Shown here piece after piece: positions 9,759 to 21,600 of a stretch of DNA of 23,748 nt. The notes under the pieces were generated by a model. It had not been told where the DNA came from. It searched no databases and worked only from the letters and a program-made list of their open reading frames with translations. The first letter of the stretch is position 1. Each line of letters opens with the position of its first letter. The DNA lies in contig JBMGUZ010000041.1 in the NCBI GenBank assembly GCA_051530055.1, positions 1 through 23,748 on the forward strand. Direction: 5' to 3'. Source of the DNA: Neoechinorhynchus agilis (lineage: Eukaryota > Animalia > Acanthocephala). Position numbers and translations under genes: made by a program.

Positions 9759-10993
9759 CTAACATTAACAAAAAAAGATCTTATAAGCTTCAGAATAGAT
9801 TACTCATCATGATATAAGGCTCGTATGAAAAATGATTCAACTTCTTTGTAAGAGAGGATATTTTCGTACTGAAAATGTTTATGAGAGGGTGGGTACATAA
9901 TTTAACATCGACTTAAGAACATTAAAAATTAAGTAATTTGTTTGAAATCTCAGAGAGAACTTTTCGATTGGATTTGACTTGAAAACAAAAAGTAACACAT
10001 ACTCAGAACTTTTAAAAATGAGGAAAATGTGGTCCTTTTTAAATTATACCACAGAGATTATCAGCTAGGCCACTTAAGAGAATAAAAGATCTCAATTGTG
10101 CGCACATCTTAAAAAATGTTAAAATTAAAAGACGAAAGTCACATTCAATTATCGTAAAACAAACGAACGACAATATCTAAGAATTATTAGCTCGATTAAA
10201 CTTAATAATTGCGTTTTATATTAACAAACTCCAAAAGTAAAAGATACATCAGTATTCATTAATGCTTACTGGCAAGCCGGTTCCATTCATTACGTGTTTT
10301 TTAGGCTATGGATTCTATACGACGAATGGTCACCATATCCTCGTGGTCGGCTTTGGTGAGGACGCAACTTTGTTCGGGCGTGCCTTTTCTCTTGTATGTC
10401 GGCGAGTCTTCCCATTTTTTTCATCCTTAACACAACCTCCCTATACCTACACTCCTTTTTCCATGCTGCCCAATCTTCTCGGATATCAGAACTTGAAATG
10501 AACCTAAAGAAAGACCAACTTTTCAAGCGCTCAGGAAACAATTACTACCAGTTCCCACCAGAACGGACTTTCCAACTCGACCGGGCCCGTAATTTACTCC
10601 AAAATCAACAACCGCATAAGAAATAAACGTGTTTTTATTATGTGATTCGACCAAGCTATGGAATGAACGGTCTCACTGTACGTAGTTGTTCATCGGCTCC
10701 TCGTTGCTTGGCTATCAAGTGGGGAATGTATTCAGATGGAAAGTATGAACAAGAGTTCTGACACATCCGGGCATCTACTGTACCCTGATCACATTCTAGA
10801 ACACTCTTAATGCAGACTCCTTAGTTTGAAAACTGACAGATCTAAAAGATATGATATTAGCTGGGACGTGCCTAAAAGGAAAGTTGAGACAGGTGTGGTA
10901 GAGATGAAAATGATGATGTCATAAATCGAGAAGAATTGTTGACATATACGGTCATGTTCCGGCTAAAAATTCTATTTGGAGCATCACTTTTAA

Positions 10994-12493
10994 ATGGCTG
11001 AAATAAAGCAGGAGAAGGTAAGTCTGGAGGCTGACAGAGCGAACAATCCTGATATGAATGTGCCGGTATCAATACATTCAAGTAGCCACATTGAATTGGC
11101 AGTTCGTCGTAATGTGAAGACGAACACGTCTGCATGCCATTCGAGTCGATATGTTTCATGTAATCGTGATTGATCAATTGATCTCCAAATCGATCATTCA
11201 TGGAATAAACCTGATATTCGTCAAACGGGAACTCAGACGTCCAATGGAATTGGTGGATTTATTCCGTTTCCCGTTGGTATTCCGGTCCCCATTCCAATGT
11301 GCATGTTTCGATACTTTACACCGCGTCCAATCCCTTTGCCGATTCCATTGCCGATTCCGGTCTTTCTACCTGTTGGAGAAAAAAGATTTAAAGAACTAAT
11401 CGATCGATCGGTGAAAAATGAACCAACTGAAGAGCAAAGTGAGCACTTTAGTGAAATAGAAAAAGAAGAACAATGTACAGTAGAAACTCGACGGTTACCA
11501 AACCAGTTAGAAATGCCTCCTTCGGTCGACGAATTTTTCATTTCGACCGATAAAGAGCACAACTTAACACTGGGCGCTCAGCTGTTTCAGAGTTTTGTAC
11601 AAACCTACCGCCGTAAGGATCCGTCTATTCCAAAAACATTCCCTGAGTTCAGTGTTGAACAGCTAAGTAAATCTTTGCTTAGATTCGCTATCCAACTGAA
11701 AAAATCCGACGGAACACTGTGCTCCCCAGAAGTTCTCTATTTCGTATCTGTTAGTGTTCACTATTTTCTGAGATCGATCGGAAGGGAGGAAGACATCCTG
11801 TACGATCCTGAATTCAACGCTTTTTCACAATTCGTTTTTGATCGAATCCAACATTGCACTGTTCAAATCGATCCTCGAGACAATCGAGTATATTCTCGTA
11901 TTAATGAAGAAATCTTATGGAAATCGTATATGCTTGGCGCTCATTCACCCAGAACATTACTGAATACTTTGTTTTACATTAACATCAAATGCTTTCTTAT
12001 TCTTAACATTCAGGATCACTACGACCTCACTTTCGCTAATGTCCGCCGTCATGTAAAACGATGGGTCGTACCAATCGATAGCGAGGATCAAAAATTAAAT
12101 GAAAGTGAAAGCAGTCATAATGAAAATCAGCACTATAAGGAAGTGAGCAGGCAGCGGTTCATTCGCTATTATCCAACGCGCGACCCGGATCTTATCTTTG
12201 AACAAATAGAAGACCGATCCTTTGCCATGCATTGCGCATGCCGCATTTTCGAATTCTACATCTCCAAGTGCCCAGTTTCTTTACGGCATTCCGAACATTG
12301 CATCTATTTAGAACCCGAAAAGTCCGTTATGCCAGAATCACCGATTTGGTTCACCAGCAAAGCCGTTTCAGAGATGACACTAACCAAAATGATGCTCCAA
12401 ACGAGACTAATCAAGGAAATGTCGGAACTCGAAATCGCTTTTGCTAGTCAAAGCGGAAGCAGTACAGCAGCAGGACAGACAACAGCCGCCTAA
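10994..12493 (+). CDS. ZMYM: ZMYM2/3/4-Woc family protein (Pro-rich segment and DUF3504 domain); 5' structure uncertain (in-frame TGA at 11171)
   Basis: IPFPVGIPVPIPM...PIPLPIPVFLP, LGAHSPRTLLNTLFYINIKCF...DHYDLTFANV and CRIFEFYISKCPVSLR...IYLEPEKSVMPESPIWF match the ZMYM/Woc C-terminus. Upstream ATG at 10994 (MAEIKQEK) is in the same frame. Confidence 0.85.
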
Positions 12494-12541
12494 CTGGTCG
12501 GAAATGGAACAAACGACAGTTAGCGTTGTCGATTTCAAACG

Positions 12542-12547
12542 AATAAA
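12542..12547 (+). terminator. Probable polyadenylation signal of the ZMYM-family gene
   Basis: AATAAA ~50 nt after the stop codon at 12493. Confidence 0.55.
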
Positions 12548-13030
12548 ACATTTAAAGAATTGTTTTGGAAAAAAACGAAGATCAGCATCAAATTAGAGTG
12601 ACGTAAGATCAATGCGATTTGCACACTCGAAAATGTTACCATACAACATAAACATTCCATTTGACAAGGCAAAAAATATTATCACAACCATCTCACACCA
12701 AAGATACCAGCCGACAACAAAATAAGCAAAATGAGAGAAATTTTAATAATAAAAAAAGTCGTATAATTCAATTTTTGAAACTTTAGAATTCTAAAAAATG
12801 CACATAAGAAAAAATTACGTCGATAATTCCGAAGACCATCGCGAAGATCGCATTTCATCATAGTAAATTAAAGGATAAAATATCACAAAAGGGAGAATTC
12901 GCCCGAGATTTCAATCGCTAAGAATTCAATTACAAATTAAGAACCGAAATCTCGATATCATCATTCGTTCACTAGAACGAAAGTAAGATTTTTGAGAAAT
13001 TAATCATCTCATCTCAAAGAATTCTAAAGA

Positions 13031-13098
13031 ATGCTCAGAAGAAAAACTTTCGTCAGTAAATCCGAAGACCATCGCGAAGATCGCATTTCATCATAGCA
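13031..13098 (-). ncRNA. SNORD35: SNORD35/snR73-like box C/D snoRNA (representative intact copy)
   Basis: Minus strand: C box ATGATGA (13094-13088), guide TCGCGATGGTCT (13077-13066), D' CGGA (13064-13061), C' CTGACGA (13056-13050), D CTGA (13038-13035), short TGC/GCA terminal stem. The guide pairs with 28S AGACCGUCGUGA (2 G-U), and D'+5 falls on the first C (yeast Cm2959). Confidence 0.82.
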
Positions 13099-16000
13099 AA
13101 TTAAAGGATCAAATAGCAAAAAAAGAGAATTCGCTAGAGATTTCAATCGCTAAGAATTCGAGTACAAATTAACATCAGAAATCTCGATATCATCATTCGT
13201 TCAGTAGAACGAAAGTTAGATTTTTGAGAAATTCATCACCGCACCTCAAAGAATTCTAAAGAATGCTCACAAGAAAATCGTTCGTCAATAAATACGAAGA
13301 CCATCGCGAAGATCGCATTTCATCATAGCAAATTAAAGGACAAAAAAAGCACAAAAAGGAGAATTCGCACGACATTTCAATCGCCAAGAATTCAAGTACA
13401 AATTAAGATAATAAATCTCGATATTATCAATCGTTCACTAGATCGAAAGTTAGATTTTTGAGAAATTCATCATCTCATCTCAAAGAATTCTAAAGAATGC
13501 TCACAAGAAAAACTTTGGTCAATAAATCCGAAGACCATCGCGAAGATCGAATTTCATCATAAAAAATTAAAGGATAAAAAAGCACAAAAAGAAGAATTCG
13601 CACGACATTTCAATCGCCAAGAATTCAAGCACAAATTAAGATCATAAATCTCGATATCATCATTCGTTCACTAGAACGAAAGTTAGATTTTTGAGAAATT
13701 ACTCATCTCATCTCCAAGAATTCTAAAGAATGCTCAGAAGCAAAACTTTCGTCAATAAATCCGAAGACCATCGCGAAGATCGCATTTCATCACTGCAAAT
13801 TAAAGGATAAAATATCACAAAAGGGAGAATTAACCCGAGAATTTAATCGCTAAGAATTCAAGTACGAATTAACATCAGAAATCTCGATATCATCATTCGT
13901 TCAGTAGAACGAAAGTTAGATTTTTGAGAAATTCATCATCTCACCTCAAAGAATTCTAAAGAATGCTCACAAGAAAATCGTTCGTCAATAAATAAGACCA
14001 TCGCGAAGATCGCATTTAATCATACCAGATTAAAGGATAAAATAGCACAAAAGTTAGAAGTCGCCCGAAACTTCAATCGCTAACAACTCTATTAAAAATT
14101 AAGATCAGAAATCTCGATATCATCATTCGTTCAGTAGAACGAAAGTTAGATTTTTGAGAAATTCATCATATCATCTAAAGAATTCTAAAGAATGCTCAGA
14201 AGCAAAACTTTCGTCAATAAATCCGAAGACCATCGCGAAGATCGCATTTCATCATAGCAAATTGAAGGATAAAATAGCAAAAAAAGAGAATTCGCCCGAG
14301 ATTTCAACCGCTAAGAATTCCAGTACAAATTAAGATTAGAAATCTCGACATCATCATTCGTTCAGTGGAACGGAAGTTAGATTTTTGAGAAATTCATCAT
14401 CTCATGTAAAGAATTTCAAGGAATGCTCAGAAGCAAAACTTTGGTCAATAAATCCGAAGACCATCGCGAAGATCGAATTTAATCACAGCAAATTAAAGGA
14501 TAAAATATCACAAAATAGAGAATTTGCCCGAGATTTCAATCGCTAAGAATTCAAGTACAAATGAAGATCAGAAATCTCGATATCATCATTCGTTCAGTAG
14601 AACGAAAGTTAGATTTTTGAGAAATTCATCATCTCATCCCAAAGAATTCTAAAGAATGCTCACAAGAAAAACTTTCGTCAATAAATCCGAAGACCATCGC
14701 GAAGATCGCATTTCATCATAGCAAATTAAAGGATAAAATAGCACAAAAAGAAGAATTCGCCCGACATTTCAATCGCCAAGAATTCAAGTACAAATTAAGA
14801 TCAGAAATCTCGATATCATCATTCGTTCAGTAGAACGAAAGTTAGATTTTTGAGAAATTCATCATCTCATCTAAAGAATTCTAAAGAATGCTCAGAAGCA
14901 AAACTTTCGTCAATAAATCCGAAGACCATCGCGAAGATCGCATTTCATCACAGCAAATTAAAGGATAAAATATCACAAAATAGAGAATTTGCCCGAGATT
15001 TCAATCGCTAAGAATTCAAGTACAAATGAAGATCAGAAATCTCGATATCATCATACGTTCAGTAGAACGAAAGTAAGATTTTTGAGAAATTCATCATCTC
15101 ATCTCAAAGAATTCTAAAGAATGCTCACAAGAAAAACTTTCGTCAATAAATCCGAAGACCATCGCGAAGATCGCATTTCATCATAGCAAATTAAAGGATA
15201 AAAAAGCACAAAAAGGAGAATTCGCACGACATTTCAATCGCCAAGAATTCAAGTACAAATTAAGATCATAAATCTCGATATTATCAATCGTTCACTAGAT
15301 CGAAAGTTAGATTTTTGAGAAATTCATCATCTCATCCCAAAGAATTCTAAAGAATGCTCACAAGAAAAACTTTCGTCAATAAATCCGAAGACCATCGCGA
15401 AGATCGCATTTCATCATAGCATATTAAAGGATAAAAAGGCACAAAAAGGAGAATTCGCACGACATTTCAATCGCCAAGAATTCAAGTACAAATTAAGATC
15501 AGAAATCTCGATATTATCAATCGTTCACTAGAACGAAAGTTAGATTTTTGAGAAATTACTCATCTCATCTCCAAGAATTCTAAAGAATGCTCAGAAGCAA
15601 AACTTTCGTCAATAAATCCGAAGACCATCGCGAAGATCGCATTTCACCACTGCAAATTAAAGGATAAAATATCACAAAAGGGAGAATTAACCCGAGAATT
15701 TAATCGCTAACAACTCTACTAAAAATTAAGATCAGAAATCTCGATATCTTCATTCGTTCTGTAGAATGAAAGTTTGATTTTTGAGAAATTCATCATCTCA
15801 TCTAAAGAATTCTCACAAGAAAATCGTTCGTCAATTAATCCGAAGACCATCGCGAAGATCGCATTTCATCACTGCAAATTAAAGTATAAAATATCACAAA
15901 ATAGAGAATTTGCCCGAGATTTCAATCGCTAAGAATTCAAGTACAAATGAAGATCAGAAATCTCGATATAATCATTCGTTCAGTTGAACGAAAGTACGAT

Positions 16001-19000
16001 TTTTGAGAAATTCATCATCTCAAAGAATTCTAAAGAATGATCACAAGAAAAACTTTCGTCAATAAATCCGAAGACCATCGCGAAGATCGCATTTCATCAT
16101 AGCAAATTAAAGGATAAAAAAACACAAAAAGGAGAATTCGCCCGACATTTCAATCAAAAAAAATTCAAGTACAAATTAAGGTCAGAAATCTCGATATCAT
16201 CATTTGTTCAGTAGAACGAAAGTAAGATTTTTGAGAAATTACTCATCTCATCTCCAAGAATTCTAAAGAATGATCACAAGAAAAACTTTCGTCAATAAAT
16301 CCGAAGACCATCGTGAAGATCGCATTTCATCATAGCAAATTAAAGGATAAAAAAGCACAAAAAGGAGAATTCGCACGACATTTCAATCCCCAAGAATTCA
16401 AGTACAAATTAAGATCATAAATCTCGATATTATCAATCGTTCACTAGATCGAAAGTAAGATTTTTGAGAAATTCATCATCTCATCCCAAAGAATTCGAAA
16501 GAATGCTCACAAGAAAAACTTTCGTCAATAAATCCGAAGACCATCGCGAAGATCGCATTTCATCATAGCACATTAAAGGATAAAAAAACACAAAAAGGAG
16601 AATTCGCCCGACATTTCAATCGCACAGAATTCAAATACAAATTAAGATCAGAAATCTCGATATCATCATTCGTTCAGTAGAACGAAAGTAAGATTTTTGA
16701 GAAATTAATCATCTCATCTCAAAGAATTCAAAAGAATGCTAACGAGAAAAACTTTCGTCAATAAATCCGAAGACCATCGCGAAGATCGCATTTAATCACT
16801 GCAAGTTAAAGGATAAAATATCACAAAAGGGAGAATTAACCCGAGATTTTAATCGCTAAGAATTCAAGTACGAATTAACATCAGAAATTTCGACATCATC
16901 ATTCGTTCAGTAGAACGAAAGTTAGATTTTTGAGAAATTCATCATCTCATCTCAAAGAATTCTAAAGAATGCTCATAAGAAAAACTTTCGTCAAAAAACC
17001 CGAAGACCATCGTGAAGATGGCATTTCATCCTAGCAAATTAAAGGATAAAAAAGAACAAAAAAGAGAATTCGCCCGACATTTCAATCGCCAAGAATTCAA
17101 GTACAAATTAAGATGAGAAATCTCGATATCATCATTCGTTCAGTAGAACGGAAGTTAGATTTTTGAGAAATTCATCATCTCATGTAAAGAATTCTAAAGA
17201 ATGCTCAGAAGAAAAACTTTGGTCAATAAATCCGAAGACCATCGCGAAGATCGCATTTCATCATAGCAAATTAAAGGATAAAATAGCAAAAAAAGAGAAT
17301 TCGCTAGAGATTTCAATCGCTAAGAATTCCAGTACAAATTACCATCATAAATCTCGATATCATCATACGTTCAGTAGAACGAAAGTAAGATTTTTGAGAA
17401 ATTCATCATCTCATCTAAAGAATTCTAAAGAATGCTCAGAAGCAAAACTTTCGTCAGTAAATCCGAAGACCATCGCGAAGATCGCATTTCATCATAGCAA
17501 ATTAAAGGATAAAATAGCAAAAAAAGAGAATTCGCTAGAGATTTCAATCGCTAAGAATTCCAGTACAAATTACCATCATAAATCTCGATATCATCATTCG
17601 TTCAGTAGAACGAAAGTTAGATTTTTGAGAAATTCATCATCTCACCTCAAAGAATTCTAAAGAATGCTCACAAGAAAATCGTTCGTCAATAAATAAGAAG
17701 ACCATCGCGAAGATCGCATTTAATCATACCAGATTAAAGGATAAAATAGCACAAAAGTTAGAAGTCGCCCGAAACTTCAATCGCTAACAACTTCATTAAA
17801 AATTAAGATCAGAAATCTCGATATCATCATTCGTTCAGCAGAACGAAAGTTAGATTTTTGAGAAATTCATCATATCATCTAAAGAATTCTAAAGAATGCT
17901 CAGAAGCAAAACTTTCGTCAATAAATCCGAAGACCATCGCGAAGATCGCATTTCATCATAGCAAATTGAAGGATAAAATAGCAAAAAAAGAGAATTCGCC
18001 CGAGATTTCAACCGCTAAGAATTCCAGTACAAATTAAGATTAGAAATCTCGACATCATCATTCGTTCAGTGGAACGGAAGTTAGATTTTTGAGAAATTCA
18101 TCATCTCATGTAAAGAATTTCAAGGAATGCTCAGAAGCAAAACTTTGGTCAATAAATCCGAAGACCATCGCGAAGATCGAATTTAATCACAGCAAATTAA
18201 AAGAAAAATATCACAAAATAGAGAATTTGCCCGAGATTTCAATCGCTAAGAATTCAAGTACAAATGAAGATCAGAAATCTCGATATAATCATACGTTCAG
18301 TAGAACGAAAGTAAGATTTTTAAGAAATTCATCATCTCATCTCAAAGAATTCTAAAGAATGCTCACAAGAAAAACTTTCGTCAATAAATCCGAAGACCAT
18401 CGCGAAGATCGCATTCCATCATAGCAAATTAAAGGATAAAATAGCAAAAAAAGAGAATTCGCTAGAGATTTCAATCGCTAAGAATTCGAGTACAAATTAA
18501 CATCAGAAATCTCGATATCATCATTCGTTCAGTAGAACGAAAGTTAAATTTTTGAGAAATTAATCATCGCACCTCAAAGAATTCTAAAGAATGCTCACAA
18601 GAAAATCGTTCGTCAATAAATAAGAAGACCATCGCGAAGATCGCATTTAATCATACCAGATTAAAGGATAAAATAGCACAAAAGTTAGAATTCGCCCGAC
18701 ATTTCAATCACAAAAAATTCAAGTACAAATTAAGGTCAGAAATCTCGATATCATCATTTGTTCAGTACAACGAAAGTAAGATTTTTTAGAAATTAATCAT
18801 CTCATCTCAAAGAATTCTAAAGAATGCTAACAAGAAAAACTTTCGTCAATAAATCCGAAGACCATCGCGAAGATCGCATTTCATCATAGCAAATTAAAGG
18901 ATAAAAAAACACAAAAAGAAGAATTCGCACGACATTTCAATCGCCAAGAATTCAAGTACAAATTAAGATCATAAATCTCGATATCATCAATCGTTCACTA

Positions 19001-21519
19001 GAACGAAAGTTAGATTTTTGAGAAATTACTCATCTCATCTCCAAGAATTCTAAAGAATGCTCAGAAGCAAAACTTTCGTCAATAAATCCGAAGACCATCG
19101 CGAAGATCGCATTTCATCACGGCAAATTAAAGGATAAAATATCACAAAAGGGAGAATTAACCCGAGAATTTAATCGCTAAGAATTCAAGTACGAATTAAC
19201 ATCAGAAATCTCGATATCATCATTCGTTCAGTAGAACGAAAGTTAGATTTTTGAGAAATTCATCATCGCACCTCAAAGAATTCTAAAGAATGCTCACAAG
19301 AAAATCGTTCGTCAATAAATACGAAGACCATCGCGAAGATCGCATTTAATCACACCAGATTAAAGGATAAAATAGCACGAAAGTTAGAAGTCGCCCGAAA
19401 CTTCAATCGCTAACAACTCTATTAAAAATTAAGATCAGAAATCTCGATATCATCATTCGTTCAGTAGAACGAAAGTTAGATTTTTGAGAAATTCATCATC
19501 GCACCTCAAAGAATTCTAAAGAATGCTCACAAGAAAATCGTTCGTCAATAAATACGAAGACCATCGCGAAGATCGCATTTAATCATACCAGATTAAAGGA
19601 TAAAATAGCACAAAAGGTAGAAGTCGCCCGAAACTTCAATCGCTAACAACTCTATTAAAAATTAAGATCAGAAATCTCGATATCATCATTCGTTCAGTAG
19701 AACGAAAGTTAGATCTTTGAGAAATTCATCATATCATCTAAAGAATTCTAAAGAATGCTCAGAAGCAAAACTTTCGTCAATAAATCCGAAGACCATCGCG
19801 AAGATCGCATTTCATCATAGCAAATTGAAGGATAAAATAGCAAAAAAAGAGAATTCGCCCGAGATTTCAACCGCTAAGAATTCCAGTACAAATTAAGATT
19901 AGAAATCTCGACATCATCATTCGTTCAGTGGAACGGAAGTTAGATTTTTGAGAAATTCATCATCTCATGTAAAGAATTTCAAGGAATGTACAGAAGCAAA
20001 ACTTTGGCCAATAAATCCGAAGACCATCGCGAAGATCGAATTTAATCACAGCAAATTAAAGGATAAAATATCACAAAATAGAGAATTTGCCCGAGATTGC
20101 AATCGCTAAGAATTCAAGTACAAATGAAGATCAGAAATCTCGATATAATCATACGTTCAGTAGAACGAAAGTAAGATTTTTAAGAAATTCATCATCTCAT
20201 CTCAAAGAATTCTAAAGAATGCTCACAAGAAAAACTTTCGTCGATAAATCCGAAGACCATCGCGAAGATCGCATTCCATCATAGCAAATTAAAGGATAAA
20301 AAAGAACAAAAAAGAGAATTCGCACGACATTTCAATCGCCAAGAATTCAAGTACAAATTAAGATCATAAATCTCGATATTATCAATCGTTCACTAGATCG
20401 AAAGTTAGATTTTTGAGAAATTCATCATCTCATCCCAAACAATTCTAAAGAATGCTCACAAGAAAAACTTTCGTCGATAAATCCGAAGACCATCGCGAAG
20501 ATCGCATTTCATCATAGCATATTAAAGGATAAAAAGGCACAAAAAGGAGAATTCGCACGACATTTCAATCGCCAAGAATTCAAGTACAAATTAAGATCAG
20601 AAATCTCGATATTATCAATCGTTCACTAGAACGAAAGTTAGATTTTTGAGAAATTACTCATCTCATCTCCAAGAATTCTAAAGAATGCTCAGAAGCAAAA
20701 CTTTCGTCAATAAATCCGAAGACCATCGCGAAGATCGCATTTCACCACTGCAAATTAAAGGATAAAATATCACAAAAGGGAGAATTAACCCGAGAATTTA
20801 ATCGCTAACAACTCTACTAAAAATTAAGATCAGAAATCTCGATATCTTCATTCGTTCTGTAGAATGAAAGTTTGATTTTTGAGAAATTCATCATCTCATC
20901 TAAAGAATTCAAAGAATGCTCACAAGAAAAACTTTCGTCAATAAATCCGAAGACCATCGCGAAGATCGCATTTCATCACTGCAAATTAAAGGATAAAATA
21001 TCACAAAATAGAGAATTCGCCCGAGATTTCAATCGCTAAGAATTCAAGTACAAATTAAGATCAGAAATCTCGATATCATCATTCGTTCAGTAGAACGAAA
21101 GTAAGATTTTTGAGAAATTATCATCTCATCTCAAAGAATTCTAAAGAATGCTCACAAGAAAAACTTTCGTCAATAAATCCGAAGACCATCGCGAAGATCG
21201 CATTTCATCATAGCAAATTAAAGGATAAAATAGCACAAAAAAGAGAATTCGCCCGAGATTTCAATCGCTAAGAATTCAAGTACAAATTAAGATCAGAAAT
21301 CTCGATATCATCATTCGTTCAGTAGAACGAAAGTAAGATTTTTGAGAAATTAATCATCTCATCTCAAAGAATTCTAAAGAATGCTCACAAGAAAAACTTT
21401 CGTCAATAAATCCGAAGACCATCGCGAAGATCGCATTTCATCATAGCAAATTAAAGGATAAAAAAGCACAAAAAGGAGAATTCGCCCGACATTTCAATCG
21501 CCAAGAATTCAAGTACAAA

Positions 21520-21600
21520 TTAAGATCAGAAATCTCGATATCATCATTCGTTCAGTAGAACGAAAGTTAGATTTTTGAGAAATTCATCATCTCATCTCAA
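21520..21600 (-). ncRNA. SNORD59: SNORD59/snR54-like box C/D snoRNA (representative intact copy)
   Basis: Minus strand: C box ATGATGA (21590-21584), guide CTAACTTTCGTTCT (21570-21557), D' CTGA (21555-21552), C' ATGATGA (21547-21541), D CTGA (21529-21526), TTGAGA/TCTTAA terminal stem, 81 nt. The guide is the exact complement of 18S AGAACGAAAGUUAG, and D'+5 falls on the A of yeast Am974. Confidence 0.88.

Noticed and set aside
10480-10790. P-loop-like GPGRVGKS and FERM-like YFPSEYIP...RG peptides on the minus strand
   Set aside because: These are short motifs in separate frames with no supporting domain context, so they are likely chance.
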